In this document: positions 1 through 14,772 of the stretch, piece by piece
How positions within the stretch are numbered: position 1 is the first letter of the stretch
Layout of the letters: each line of letters begins with the position of its first letter
Assembly: GCA_964016885.1 (NCBI GenBank)
Contig: OZ024743.1
Location: 266,848,001-266,912,000 of the forward strand
DNA from: Eledone cirrhosa
Taxonomy: Eukaryota
DNA: 64,000 bases
Direction of reading: 5' to 3'
The notes under the pieces: generated by a model
Database searches by the model: none
The model's input: only the letters and a program-made list of their open reading frames with translations
What the model was told of the DNA's origin: nothing
Program-made: the position numbers and the translations under genes

Positions 1-339
1 CCTTCCATGGAAGGAGAGAAAGTGAGTGAGTGAGAGAGAGAGTTGGGTGGGAGGAAAAATTATATAGAGGAAAAATGAATCCACGTGGCTTATGGGTTGT
101 TAGTTAGATTTCCGGCCCGGGTTATGCGTTTTGTACTTTATAAAGCCACTTTATTTCATCCTGGTCCATTGGTCTGAGGACCTGTCACCCCCTTTTACTG
201 CATTAATAATATCGATACTTTTAGTAACAAAACAAAATAATATGTTGTGGAAGCCGACTCTCGTTTTTCATGACTAATATGAGACGGATCCATCCTTTGT
301 ACTTTAATTATAATCCTGAAATAGAAGAACTACAAAATT

Positions 340-440
340 ATCCTGGGATAGATTTGAATTCAATGCGAAGCCTGTCGGAAAGACTATCCCAAAGCATTAT
401 ATCCGACGTTTTCACAACTCTGTCATTTCACCGCCTGCAG
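340..440 (-). mobile_element. Degenerate tRNA-type SINE fragment
   Basis: gatttgaattc...caaagcattatatccgacgttttcacaactctgtcatttcaccgcct resembles the better copy at 53680-53850. Confidence 0.45.
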
Positions 441-1826
441 AAGTAACTTAGATTTAGTTATCCATTTCAATATCATTTTCAGAACAAGCTCATGATCGCA
501 CAATAATAACCATGCCCCAGTAAAAATTGCCAGTTAAAATTAATACGTATTGATTCCTTTGCAAATTTAATAGAAGGAAATGTAGATAGAGGCCGGTATA
601 CTCAAGTTTGTTTCTATGTCATACTAAAGTCCTCTGAATACGATGATGTTGATGAACAACTTGACATCATACTCAACCTTTGAGATATCTTTATTTTTAT
701 TTCATCAACACTATATTTTCTCTCTTATATTTGATCAATAAACTTTGAAGCAATTTTGTTTTTTAGAAATATTTTTTGTTCGATTAAATTATCAAAATTT
801 AATTACTTTCTTTCCATGAAACCTGAGATTTGATCTGTTAGAAATATACTGAAAATAAATATAATAATAATAAAATATAGAAAATGAAAATTAACAAAAT
901 ATGAAAATATGTAAAAATATAAAGTATTCATTGAATTACAAATTTAAAATAAACAAATAAACAAATTATTAAAATATAAACATTTAAATTCACAAAAACA
1001 AGTAATTTTAGTTGCAGTATTTGATAAATCTAGTGATGGAGGAGGTCGTGTATAACAAACAACAACAAAATCAACACACAAAATCAACAACAGTAACATC
1101 AACAACAATAACACGAACATCATCATCAACAGCAACAATATAAATAACAAAAACGTTTATTCTGATATTAGAACTAGTCTAAGTATTATAATTAGGCAGG
1201 TTGGTACATGGAACTCATTACCTATATGGTATATTACAGTTTGTACCCCGCAAGTGTGAAAGGCGTATTTGACAACGCTGGCATTTGGAATGAAAGGGCA
1301 ACGATAGATTATTGAGGTAGCAAACAAATACCTTCTTTAAAGAGTGGTAACTAGGTTTTGAATACATCAAACGTATGGAGACAAATAGCAGGCAGCCGTT
1401 ATCGTCTGTCAACGACGGGTCGGGTCCGTGGCCTTCCTGCCAAGTTATGAACCTGACACACGAAACCAATGAAAGGTTGACAGGTATTTGATTGTTCTCA
1501 TATAAAAGTAAATGCTTTACATTTGCAGATGTAATCTTCATTTTTTGTGTGTCACACGAAAGAACAGATCGAATGCCATCTTCACTTCTCTTACATCAGT
1601 CACGTATATCTTTATCAAATTTACTGACAAGTACCCAGGATAATCTATTTTTTACTATAATTTATTCTTTGTTAAAATCTACCTATTTTATTGTAGTGGC
1701 TATTTCAGAATGAGCCAACACTGAGTTTTGATGACCGCTGCAAGATACCCCTCTTAACTACTATGCTAAATATACTACTGCAGGTTTTCTGCATTGAGAA
1801 AAAGGCGTACAACGTTCATTAACAGG

Positions 1827-2298
1827 AATAGCAGAAAAACCACCCTTCGGGTGGTTTTCTGGTAGCATGCGTAGTGTGTATATTGATATTATACACAAGT
1901 ATATATGCATGTAGTTATGATACATCAAATCAAATCGTAATTGATAATATACACAGAGATTGAACGAAAACTGTGTTACACTCTCTTATGTAATCAGTAA
2001 CATTAAAAAAAGGCGATATTATATATAAACTGCCTTAGGAGGAAAATTAGTGACGGAAATATATGTATGTTTATTTAAGCGATCGCTAACCGGAAGTGTT
2101 GACATTTGAACATTTTAAAGAAGTGAATCTTTAAATAAACAATAAAATATATTTAATCAACAGCCAAACAATTTAGTAGATAAACTATGTAATATTCATT
2201 CATTATTTATTCAAAGTAATCCAATTTATTTTACTAATTGGATAAAAAAATTATAAACGTACGCAGTCCCGCACTCCTTACTTTATTATAGTTTAGAT
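1827..2298 (+). mobile_element. Helentron/HINE-like non-autonomous element
   Basis: Starts aatagcag followed by hairpin aaaaccaccc-ttcg-ggtggtttt; ends ctttattatagtttagatt; same layout as 26018-26500 and 56594-57848. Confidence 0.45.
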
Positions 2299-2324
2299 TC
2301 TTATTCAGCGTTCAGTATCAGTAG

Positions 2325-2490
2325 AGGGGCGGACGTCATGCTTTTCAGCGAAGAGTTACGGCCCTGTACGGTCTCAGTTCAAATCTCGCCGAGGTTAACT
2401 TTGCCTTTCATACTTACGGGTCGATAAAATAAAGCATAAGTAATCCACTGGGGTAATTGCTGGCCTTCTGCCACAAGTAGAAACAATTAT
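2325..2490 (+). mobile_element. tRNA-type SINE (octopus-like)
   Basis: B-box-like gttcaaatc followed by gccgaggttaactttgcctttcat...gggtcgataaaataa; reverse complement at 53735-53770. Confidence 0.7.
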
Positions 2491-3544
2491 GTTATCAAAA
2501 TAGGCTCCCCTCCAAGTAATGTTGCTCTAGTTGCTGTTAATGTTGGGGCTAGTGCTTCCACAGCTTGTTGGGTTTGTGGTGATGGAAACAGTTGTAGTAG
2601 ATGTATTAATGGTATCGATTGTCGACAGAAAGGTAGTGCTGGGATCTTACCGATACCAATCTATGTTACATTGGTGAAATCGGTTTTTACCCTCTCTGTT
2701 GCATTGTTTGTCTAGTGATTGCATAAAGTATAGGTAATGTACACAGTTGTGAAGTTGCTCATATTTTTTGTTTCAAGTCAGTCTTTAATATCGATGCAGT
2801 TGCTACAAGATTTCTTTTCAATAAAATCTATGACAGTGAAAGTAGTGATGTTTGCTGTGATAACCGAAGAAAAAGAAGACGACCGTCTCAGTGAAAGGAA
2901 TTTTTAAAAAAGGCTTTTGATATTCATATATGAATCCTGAAACAAGAAATCATTCTCGCTAAATCGTAGAATATTTTTCAGTATGAAAAGTGACAAGCTT
3001 TCTTTGAAGAAAACATGATTTTCAAGTCGTTTTGTAAAAATAAATTAGATATCAATGCAACACTAACATCAATAGAAGTAAAATAAATATGAGGAGGTGT
3101 ATGGACAACGGATGAATCCCCACTGCCAAGGAGGTTCAAAACAACCAAAATAGAATCTGAACAAACGAGCGTAGTCATAACAACAGAACAAGTTACAGAT
3201 ACACTGCAAAAACAGACAGCTGCAATGCATCAGAACACACTACTATCTCAAACTTCTGGCTATCATATCTAATTTGAGCACACAAGGTGCAAGTAGAGAT
3301 GATTGCTGAGATGCAGATGAAATCAGGGACAATACCTGACTGGCACACTGAGATGATATACATTTGAACCCACTCTATTAAAAAAAGATAAGCTCGAAAC
3401 ACTAACCGATGATGACATTGTAAAGCTTACATTTGGAGAGTTTGTCGCTCACAATACGTGTAGGCAATGAATGTAGTATTCTGAGACTTCAAATCAGGAG
3501 GTGAATAATTTCAAAGGAGGAGGAAGTACGAGAAATGCCTTTAA

Positions 3545-3764
3545 CCCTTTAGCATTTACATTAATCTATATATACTATTATATTTTCAAGGCAAAGGCTT
3601 TACCTCACTTAATTATCTTATAAAATATCGAATCTCTAAGATATTGATATTATTCATTTTGATAACAATAAATTAAAATCAGTTTGAGCGGCCGTTACAG
3701 CTGGTTTGAACAGAAAGTGGTGAGATAATTGCGGCAGGATATGGCCAGTTTAAATGCTAAAGGG
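3545..3764. mobile_element. piggyBac-type MITE
   Basis: TTAA|CCCTTTAGCATTTA ... TAAATGCTAAAGGG|TTAA: 14-bp perfect TIRs, CCC/GGG ends, TTAA target duplication. Confidence 0.88.
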
Positions 3765-5227
3765 TTAAATACAATGGAAGCCGTAAATAAAGTAGCTGTA
3801 TTTGAAGAAGTGATTTAAGGAGACTACATATGAGTAGCTAGTAATGTTTGTTGCTGACATTCAAGTAAGAATGACAAGTAGCAGAAATAATGAAATCTGA
3901 TGGATACAAACTTTGACAATTTCGTCTAAATTCTCCATATAAATTTATGAAACAATTATATAGGAATCTTTTAGAATTAAAATATTGAAAAATTGTGTGA
4001 AGTAACACCATAGTTTACAAAATAATTCCTAAGATCTCCCAAGGTTTTTCAGTACCAGTTACTGTTTATATGGCATGAAGACAGTGTTCGACTTTCGTAG
4101 TATGTTAGGTTGATTTACATATTTTATTGCTTATTTGATTTACATATTTTATTGTTTATTTGATTTACATATTTCATTGTTTTTTTGTTAATCATCAATC
4201 GACCCAAATTTGAATTAAACCGAAACAAATGAAACCAGATGAAACGGTGTAATGCATGAAGTTGTTTAACATTGGAGGAAAGGTGTCTGCATTATCTGTA
4301 GAAATACTGGATGTGGACAGCCTAAACGACATCTATGTCTATGTATTACATTACAATGTATGTTTAAAACACAACAGTATTAGCTATGAATTCCATTCTT
4401 CCGCTATTACTAAAAATAAGTAGCAGTAAAATCCTGGATGCTATGTAAGAACGTATACGCAAATGATTTGATCCTTTGTGTCACTCATAAACCAATAATG
4501 CAGTAAATATTAACCTTTTGTCATAACACATGTGATGAATGTATTTTTTCACCATTAAGTAATCTAATGTAGCAAACAACTGATATCATATCTTATTCAC
4601 TGGAGATGTTGAGAAAAATGCTACATGTAGAATACGGAACAAGTTGCAGCACGTATTTGAAATTAGTTCCAAACTCATTTGTTAAGTCTCCCAGCTCGTT
4701 ACACAAAGAAATTCTGCACCTATTCATGCAAACAGCATAATTGCTGAAATTTCGTTTCTCATTAATTCAAACTGTCAAATCAGTGAATGAAGTTTAACTT
4801 CAAATCAGTCACACTAAGTTTCTTATAAATACGCGACAGATTGTGCCGTTTCTGAGGAGATCTAATAAGTCCATATCAGGACTCACCACCGTGCACTCAA
4901 AGTTTCCACAATCCAATCCTATTCACTTTATAATCAAATAGAATTTAGGAATTATATCTGTTACTATTTTAATATGAACATTACTGATGCAAAATGCTTT
5001 TAACTACACGAAGATGTTACTTGTGTAAATGTAGTTTGGGCTCACTACATTAATTATTTCAGCACAGATTTAACTATATTTATTTTACTCAGAAACAAAT
5101 CATAGGAACTTTTGATATCATTAAATTTTATTGCTTATTCTGTGGCTGCTTTTTTTTTTGCTTTTTTATTAAACCCTTATACATTTTCACAAATATCCTA
5201 AAATCAAGCATCAGGGATTAACGCTAC

Positions 5228-5268
5228 ACTGCACTGAAGAGTCTTCATGAGACAGAAACAGCTCTGGA
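5228..5268 (+). ncRNA. Degenerate hammerhead-like motif
   Basis: ctgaaga-gtct(tcatg)agac-a-gaaac-agct; extra A before GAAA and no clear stem I. Confidence 0.35.
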
Positions 5269-7263
5269 ATCATCACCTACTCAATAGTCACTAATTCCCT
5301 TTCATAATAATGCTCTATTCAGTTTTTAATAACTTTCAATTCCTGATTTTAAGAGGAATGGTTAGTTGTCCTATGATTGTTCTTTACTTTGTAGGTGTAA
5401 ATTAAAATGATTAATTACTTCGCTCTCTCACTACATTAAGTGTGTTATATTGCACTTGGGTTTATGGTGTATTACTAGCCTTTATATATACATTCTTTAA
5501 ACAGAATAAGAAAATAAACCATGAAAAAAAGTACAGGCCAGTGAAAGTCGACTGATGTCTCTTTGTTGATGATCTAGTGAAATTTCAATTACACCACACC
5601 ATCTTTAGAACATATCTCTATATAATCTATCTGAAGCTATGTTTCAAATCCACGCATACAAATAATTTTATGGTATAGTTTATATGAAGTGTTGTGAGAT
5701 AAGCGTGTTTGACTATTTTTAGGAGGTCTCTACAAATCAAGTTAGAAAAATCAAGTTTGGAAACTTTTAATATATCATATATTTGTTCCTCTTAGTTTAC
5801 TCTACTCTAAGTTCCACTCATGTATGTCTAACGTGCATTGTACAAGCTTTCTCAGATAATATATCTTTTACGGACTTTCATGGATTCATCAGAAATAAAA
5901 TTTAACTTTAGAATTGTTTCGCATTGAATATATACTGCAGAGGAGGATAAATGATTCATATTACATATTAAAGGATAAATGATTCATATTACAATTTCTT
6001 CTATTCCTTTACATTTTAGTAGAAATACATTAATCTGTTTAAAACAATATTTGTTTTCCTTATTTATTTTAACTCAGTTAACTTGTTTTATATCTCCTCT
6101 ATTCAAAGCCAGTGGTAGTTGTAAAGATTTGGCTTCTCAGCAATGTGACTGTGACTCGTGTGGAGTAAATAAATAAAAAAATTAAAGTGTCGGTGTATTG
6201 AATTCTTGAATGTATTAATGACGGGTTTAAAGACTGAATAGATATATTTGAAAGAGTCGTTATTTTGTGGCAGTATACAAATATTAGAAAATATTTAGAA
6301 AAAGGTTTTTATTCTGTAAACATCACCTTCTGCACTGTGACATTAATATGTTAAAGAGATTGAATGTACTGGGACCATACCATACTCACCATACCAATAT
6401 AGCCACAAGTTCTTGATGCACGCATACACATCTCTGTCTATGGTAGTACACTCACATATATTTTAATAACTATTAACTATTCTTCTAGCTTTATCAACAC
6501 TACAAATTCAACGAAATGCAAAATATAAAGATTGTATTTATTAAGGATGCGGCGACTTTTTGAAAAGGATACGAACTGTCAGTTACGGTGATTATAATAT
6601 ACCTGCTGACATAACCTACATTATACTTATTTGGTCGATCAGGTGAGTGTAAAATGTAAATTTTATTTCAGCGGATTTTGAATTAATAACCGATGAAATA
6701 CTGCATGGTGTCAACTGCTTGAGCCATCACTTACAGTGTTGGAGTAGGATTAAACATTAAATCAATATATTTAATGATACGCAAGCTGTTGAGAATATAT
6801 TAGTATATTTGTTTTAAAGAAACAAATGATATATATAAAAACAAACAAATGAAGTGAAAAAAGAAGTAATAATAACAAAAAATACAATCAACTTTAGTGT
6901 AACATATTTATCCTTTGTTTAGCCGAAACTAACATAGGAGAATGAATAGTAAGTATACATCAGACGAATATCTATTTACATTACTTCGTTAAGAAACAGA
7001 ATCTTGATTTAGAGCCATCTAATGGTAACATAATTAAATGCGTTCATAAATCATGTATGTGCAATGAGACTAATTTTGTTTGTTCACAACAGTTTGATTT
7101 GAAAGGTAAAACACTTTCATCAGACAACATATGTTGTGGTGTCGCGTATTCGAATCTACATGGTGTTATTAAATATATAATTCAAAGAAAGTGATACGTT
7201 AAGGCTGACCAAGTTTATTTTATCATATCTATGAACATGCATATTTACCGCTCGCACCTAATT

Positions 7264-7267
<4 letters not shown>

Positions 7268-7295
<28 letters not shown>

Positions 7296-7360
7296 TGTAT
7301 GTATGTATGTATGTATGTATGTATGTATGTATGTATGTATGTATGTATGTATGTATGTAT
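7268..7360. repeat. (ATGT)n microsatellite
   Basis: Pure tetranucleotide run. Confidence 0.97.
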
Positions 7361-7449
7361 GCATGCATGTATGTATATATCTATCTATGTGTGTGTGAGT
7401 GTATGCATATATGTATGTGTATGTGTGTGTGTATGTTTGTATGTATGTT

Positions 7450-7960
7450 TGTATCCAGAAGGTCTCTGTTGCTTACGGTAAATTGGAAAAGAGAGTTTGG
7501 GTAAATCGCAACATTACCAACAATACCAAGGTGTGTGTCTGCTCTTTTATACTCCGCTCAAACCTGGACGCTAGTCCGCAAACACATCAAATTGCTTGAG
7601 TGCTTATTTAGATATGTTTAAAGCGCATATTCAACATGAGGTGGTAAGACAGAATACCGACATCAATGTCCTTGTCAAAGCAGAATGTCCAAGCATTAAG
7701 TCTCAACTAAATTCCTTTCAAATGCTCTGGACAGGACATATCGTCCGCATGAAAGAAAGCAAAATCTCGAAGAAACTGTTTTACGATGAGCTCCATATTT
7801 GAAAGAGTCCTCAACAAAAACCGAAAATGAGGTACAATGACAGAATCAAGAACAAACTGAGTTGGGATTTGATATTGACAACTGGGAGGAGATAACTCTA
7901 AACAGGACTGAGCGGAAAACGAGCATAAAGGTTGAAGAACAACTGAAGGACGTTTGTATT
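7450..7960 (+). mobile_element. RTE-clade LINE 3' fragment (frameshifted)
   Basis: Translations VAYGKLEKRVW..NITNNTKV, VLVKAECPSI..WTGHIVRMKESKISKKLFYDEL and PKMRYND match the post-RT region of RTE LINEs. Confidence 0.8.
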
Positions 7961-8070
7961 TTAATTTTAAAAATAAATGTTTTAACGATTTAACCTTTCA
8001 TGTTTGTCGTTTTGCCTCGTTTTGCCCCCACACATACACACAAACATATATATAAATGCATATATGTATA

Positions 8071-8158
<88 letters not shown>

Positions 8159-8240
8159 CATACATATATATATACAGAGAATATCCAACCGATAAGGTAT
8201 GATTTTCATGGGTATGTCTCTATTTATAAAACAAACTTTG

Positions 8241-8303
8241 TATTTTATCTGATGAAAGCGTACCAATGTGTTTTGGTACCCTTGAAATATATATAATAAA
8301 ATA
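8241..8303 (+). ncRNA. Type I hammerhead ribozyme (canonical core)
   Basis: Stem I tattttat/ataaaata; CTGATGA; stem II aag-c-gtaccaa/ttggtac-c-ctt; GAAA; palindromic atatat stem III; AUA cleavage triplet. Confidence 0.8.
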
Positions 8304-8713
8304 AATATGGTTTTATAAATATAGTTTCCATTTATTTAATATCATTGTATATATGTGTATACATATATATATATATATATATATACATATATATATGTAT
8401 ATATATATACATATATATATATATCTATATATGTGTGTGTGTGCGTCGTGTGTGCGTGTGTGTGAGTAACATTCCTTGAGTTTTATTTTGTGTGATATAC
8501 ATGTCTTCTGACAAGGGCCTAATTAGATTGGCAAATCGATAAAAAGTGTTCATCAATTTTCTCAGTTTGCAGAGTAATTTTTATTCGTTGGCATGTTTTC
8601 ATAACTACATATTACATATGTGTATATTTATAAACACAATGGCGTAGTCTGGATTACCGAGTCTCTATTTATTCAAATATAATATTTTCGTACACCTCGG
8701 CTGCCCCAGTAAT

Positions 8714-9512
<799 letters not shown>

Positions 9513-9529
9513 ATATATATATATATCAC

Positions 9530-10215
9530 TTTGAAAACTTTGATAGGTTTCGCCCAGTGTGGGGCCAGGCCATTTCTAACTTAATATCACTAGCTGGTAA
9601 ACTCATTCAGATTATGGGTCCCAACTTACTCATATTTGGAAACCGTGGCCCACTCCAGTAATAAGTTGTTGTTTTCGGAGATATATCCGGGTAGAGGAAT
9701 TTAACCGTGATTTCTTGAAGAAATTTGTCCAAGTAACTTCTGAATTTTACGGGACCTATTTCTGTCGTGGTGGAATTTGGTGTGATAGCAAAGAGTGCGG
9801 GACCAGTAGAGGGCAAGTAGTAGGGGAAAGTAGTTGTGTCGTGTTGATGCAATGAGTTGCGCGTTTGATTTTTGTAGTAGGTGGAGGGCACCGGGTCTAA
9901 TCCCTGGGTGGTATTTAAAGGTGATGCCAACATCATTTGAGCAATATTGATGGAATATTTTCGACAACTTACAGATGATGTAGAGCTCACGCTAGTATGG
10001 AGAAAGTAGATTTTGAGTTTTTCTAATCGCCCCAATAACCAACACCTGTCGTACCATTTATCCTTTTTATAATTGATATCTTGGATGCTTTAATAATACG
10101 TTGTTTCATTTGACGAGAGCAGGGATGGACAACTCTATTCAAGGTGGCCAAAGATAGAGTAGAATAGGATAATATATATCGTCCATCGTCCATCTGAGAC
10201 GAAAGAAACATCCGT
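9530..10215 (-). mobile_element. CR1/L2-group LINE 3' end
   Basis: GPALFAITP...VKFRSYLDKFLQEI C-terminal motif; 3' tail ggcc...gaaacctatcaaagt shared with 17690-18100. Confidence 0.7.
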
Positions 10216-11202
10216 CAGGTGCTCGAATAATTAGGAGAAACCTCTACTTTTTACTGTTACTTTAGAGGTTTTCAATGTGATGTGTATTGCCGGAATGTTA
10301 AGTGAGGCTGTTTTCTTGACCATCTGTTCTTCAGAAACACATCCACTCACTCACAAACAGAAACACATGCACATATACATGTAATGTATGTATCTATCCC
10401 TCTCTCTCGCTCTATTTCTCTCCCCCTCTCTCTCTCTTACTCCCTGTTTATCGATCATGGAGTCGTATGCCTTTGTGAGACATGATTTTATGTTATGAAA
10501 TCTATTTTCAGTGGTTGAGATTTTTCTATATTATAGCTTGCTCTAGTCTAATCAGGTCAAATATATAAGATGTACTTGCAATTCATTGGGTCTGCCGGCT
10601 CTATGTCAGTCATCTTTTTGTCGCGTTAAATTACATGAAGCTACACGTGCCTGTGAGATTCCAACCACCTTATACAATATTTTCACAAGCAGACTGTGCT
10701 GTTGTTCAAATACCGGAACATTTGTTGTTGGACACGGGGAAAACCCAACATATATCAATGTTACCATTCCACAAAAGGATAAAAAGTGATAGTCATCTTG
10801 GTAGGATTTGAATGTCCCTCAAATATGAAGTTAATTCTTTTTCAAGTCCTCTACCAAGAGCGTTAATTATTACTTTTCCGATTTGATCCACAAATTTGAC
10901 AGGATACTACTTCACTCTAGTTTCACTTATTCTCATAATTTGATGCTTGAATATTTCTATTTTACCTGTACTTTATTATCATGATGACAGTCAACGGAGG
11001 CAAATTCATAACCTTATAAATATTTATTGTCATCGTCGCAATTTCCTCTAAATTCAAACTTTTATGCTATAGTGTAGTGAGCTCCCAGCATCAGACTATT
11101 TTCTAAATATTTTAAGTGAGAATCTATTACGTATACTCATTTCATTGTGTTGTTATTCAGCGTTATTTTTCCTTGTTGATTTTTCCCGTATACATATACA
11201 TA

Positions 11203-11367
11203 CATCACAGGCGCACTCACAGACTCAGTGACACACAGACTTACGCGGAACATACAGATGGACAGAGAGAGTCTCGCTGTCTCTCTGTCTCTCTGTCTCT
11301 CTGTCCATCTGTCTGTTCTGCGTAAGTCTGAGTGTGTCACGGAGTGTGTGAGTGCGCATGTGGTGTC
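11203..11367. repeat. Imperfect palindrome flanked by TA-rich tracts
   Basis: gcgcactcac..gtgacacacagacttacgcggaacatacagatggacagaga pairs with tctctgtccatctgtctgttctgcgtaagtctgagtgtgtcac..gtgagtgcgc. Confidence 0.85.
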
Positions 11368-11617
11368 TGTATATATATATATATATACATAGTATGTATA
11401 TAAATGTACAGATAGTGTAGTGAAAATTGTGTAAGAGTGTACACAAACTGTGTACACCACGTGTGATATAAAGAGTGTACACCACGTGTGATATACAGAT
11501 AGCTATTGCCCCAATTATCTATTAAAAAGGTTATGAGGAATTAAGTCCTGTTTCAAAGATATGTGACAGCAGCATGCAATAACATCTGAAATGAGAGCGT
11601 AGGTAGTGTACCAATTT

Positions 11618-11697
<80 letters not shown>

Positions 11698-11754
11698 TAA
11701 GTCAGTAGGAAACGAATTCAAGTTTTCATCAGAAGTATACTTTAATGCATAAGC

Positions 11755-11895
11755 AATTGTTTCAATATCGATCAGCTCGGCTTTGATCATAATAATCAGG
11801 GTACGACTCTGCATATCTAAAGAGATGTCGATGTAGAGTGGCCCCACGATCATTATGATCGGACACTGAGCTGATCAATATCGAAACAATTGTCA
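11755..11895. repeat. Inverted repeat containing degenerate HHR 3' halves
   Basis: caattgtttcaatatcgatcagctc..gatcataat versus attatgatc..gagctgatcaatatcgaaacaattg. Confidence 0.7.
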
Positions 11896-12647
11896 CATGT
11901 AATAAAGATTACATGTGGCGGGCGTTACAGCCGCATTAATCCTGGAATACACTGAAATATAAACTCAAAACGAGGCAAGCCCCTGTAACGACATTGAGAG
12001 CTTTAACCGTCGAGCCCCCTATATCTATAGTTACACACATATCTACCACTCACAAACACGCATATACATACACACATACACGCACACACACACACACATA
12101 TATATATATGTGTGTGTATGAGTGTATTTATATACATATACAAATAAATGTAAAAATATATATAAATTTAATTGGGATTATAAAAAAGATGTTTGCTAAA
12201 AAAAGGGATTCTTTCTCAAAATCAGCAACTATTCATAGCGTGTTCTATATATATGATTCGATGTGAGAAGCTGGCAGACAGTCCACACGGGCAAATAACT
12301 TACGAATAAAATGCAATAACCATCGAAGAAGTTCAGAAAGTCTAAACAGTCACAATGTTCTTTTGTTTCCCGGCTTTATCTAAGATAAATGTCCTAAATT
12401 TTACTCTTCTTTATTTCTCTACATCAATGTGATGCCTATTACCAGAATGTTAATAATGCTGCTTTCCTGAACATCTGTGGATTAGAAATATATACCTAAA
12501 CGCATGCACACTTACGCACACACATTCAATGACGTACACCTATGCACACGTACATATAATGTATATATCTGTCCATCTCATCCCACTCTCTCTCTTTTTA
12601 TATATATATTATATAAACAAACACACCACACCAACACACACCCACAC

Positions 12648-12723
<76 letters not shown>

Positions 12724-12821
12724 GTATATATATATGTATATATATATGTATATGTATATATATGTATGATATTTGATTGCTTTTGTTGACGTTATTCTCT
12801 TTCGAGACTATGCACGTTTGA

Positions 12822-12917
<96 letters not shown>

Positions 12918-13629
12918 ACATATACATATACATATGCGTACATGTGTCTGTATCGATGTGTACCTTATCAGATTATGCATCAATTCTTCCAGAGAGTTTG
13001 TTTTATTGTTGTTTATCGGCCAACACTTTATTTCATTAGCTTTATCTGGAACTCTCGATTTCCGTTATTTGATTCATAACGTTTGCCTTATCTTTCTCCC
13101 TCATAAGATTCCGGATGTCTACATTCAATAACATTTCTAGGTATTCTTAATTTTTCCTTTATATTGCTTATACATCTATTCGGCCTATAATCACATTTGT
13201 TTATATCCTCTAATAGTCTAGTCTGCTTGTTTTTTTTATCTATTATTTTGGTTATTATTGGTTTGTTTCTACGTTTGTTTGTCTTTTTATTATAAATTGC
13301 TTTTTGTGGTTTATTGACACATGCATCTATTTCCCTATTTACCAATTCCCTAATTATGATGTTTTTTTATTTATTTATTTCAAGTATGTATTTCACAATC
13401 ACAGTGTTCCTTCATGGCGATTTTTTGCACATGCATGCATGAATCCTTGCATGTGAACGTACATGCGACACAATACAAATGCACCCCCATTGTTACATAT
13501 ACAAATAAACACAGACATGCAACTGTACGTATGCATTCATATTTACATATTAATATAAGCTGATGGCAGAAAGAAGGATAAAGTTTGCATAAAATATGTT
13601 GTCCCCGTGCATCTATGTACACACACACT

Positions 13630-13719
<90 letters not shown>

Positions 13720-13924
13720 TATGTATACGTACATACATATATGTATAGAGACGTACAGTAGTATGTATATATATATATACATACATGCACACATATATAT
13801 ATATGTACGTATGGATTCACGGAACATTTATTATAATGCTCAGTGTGTTTGTAAACAAACATCCCGTATTAAGCCGTAGTGTCTAGCAACCATCGTTGCT
13901 CGTTTGTTCAACACTGACAAAGGA

Positions 13925-13967
13925 ACGCTGTACTAGTTTCAAGCATATTAGCTATCGTCAGCAACGT
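13925..13967 (-). ncRNA. Minimal type I hammerhead
   Basis: Minus strand reads acgttg-CTGACGA-tagc(taatat)gctt-GAAAC-ta-GTA-cagcgt. Confidence 0.7.
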
Positions 13968-14356
13968 ATACCTTCCTGCCAGATGATTGAACGTCTGAAA
14001 GTATATACTTTCCTTATGCATATTAACGGCTGAGCAGCCTAATTTGCATATCGAACATTATAATAAATATTCGGTGAATCCATACGTACATATATATATG
14101 TGTGTGCATGTATGTATATATATATACATACTACTGTACGTCTGCATACATATATGTATGTACGTATACATACTTATATTTAAGTAACAGCCGTACTAAG
14201 AGTGGAAAATGAAATTTCGTTTCATTTTTTCCGTTTATCGTTTTCGGTGCACCCGGCCGATTAACCCACTCGATATGCAAATTAGGCTGCTCAGCCGTTA
14301 ATATGCACAAGGAAAGTATATACTTTCAAACGTTCAATCACCTGGCAGGAAGGTAT

Positions 14357-14399
14357 ACGTTGCTGACGATAGCTAATAAGCTTGAAACTAGTATAGCGT
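14357..14399 (+). ncRNA. Minimal type I hammerhead
   Basis: acgttg-CTGACGA-t-agct(aata)agct-t-GAAAC-ta-GTA-tagcgt; palindromic actagt stem III. Confidence 0.72.
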
Positions 14400-14772
14400 T
14401 CCTTTGTCAGTGTTGAACAAACGAGCAACGATGGTTGCTAGACACTACGGCTTAATACGGGATGTTTGTTTACAAAAACACCGAGCATTATAATAAATGT
14501 TCCGTGAATCCATACTTACATATATATATGTGTGCATATATGTATATATATATACATACTACTGTACGTCTGTATACATATATGTATGTACGTATACATA
14601 CTTATATTTAAGTAACAGCCGTACTAAGAGTGGGAAATGAAATTTCGTTTCATTTTTTCCGTTTATATATATATATATATATATAAAGAATTAATATATC
14701 TACCGAATTTTAGTAAGTAAGTCAATTTTCATAACTTTCTTATTTACGTCTTTCATATATATATATATATAT

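Larger units (their letters stand above)
13716..14666. mobile_element. Non-coding HHR module: inverted copy plus ~1.4 tandem copies of a ~430-bp unit (retrozyme/pLTR-like)
   Basis: 13716-14054 is the reverse complement of 14270-14605; 14056-14237 is directly repeated at 14487-14666; flanked by (TA)n; partial copy at 29287-29512. Confidence 0.85.

Noticed and set aside
1375-1490. ATG-initiated exon METNSRQPLSS...ERLT with a CAG/GTATTT donor
   Set aside because: No recognisable homology and no supported downstream exon
1832-1861. cUUCGg hairpin with T-run as a bacterial terminator
   Set aside because: Eukaryotic DNA with no upstream gene; position matches the terminal hairpin of Helentron-like elements
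2480-3530. Thr-rich and coding-like stretches
   Set aside because: Multiple stops and no recognisable domain; possibly an old element remnant
8505-8540. Further CTGANGA-like words here and at ~34865, ~52917 and ~61272
   Set aside because: No closing stems or no properly placed GAAA; expected by chance or too decayed
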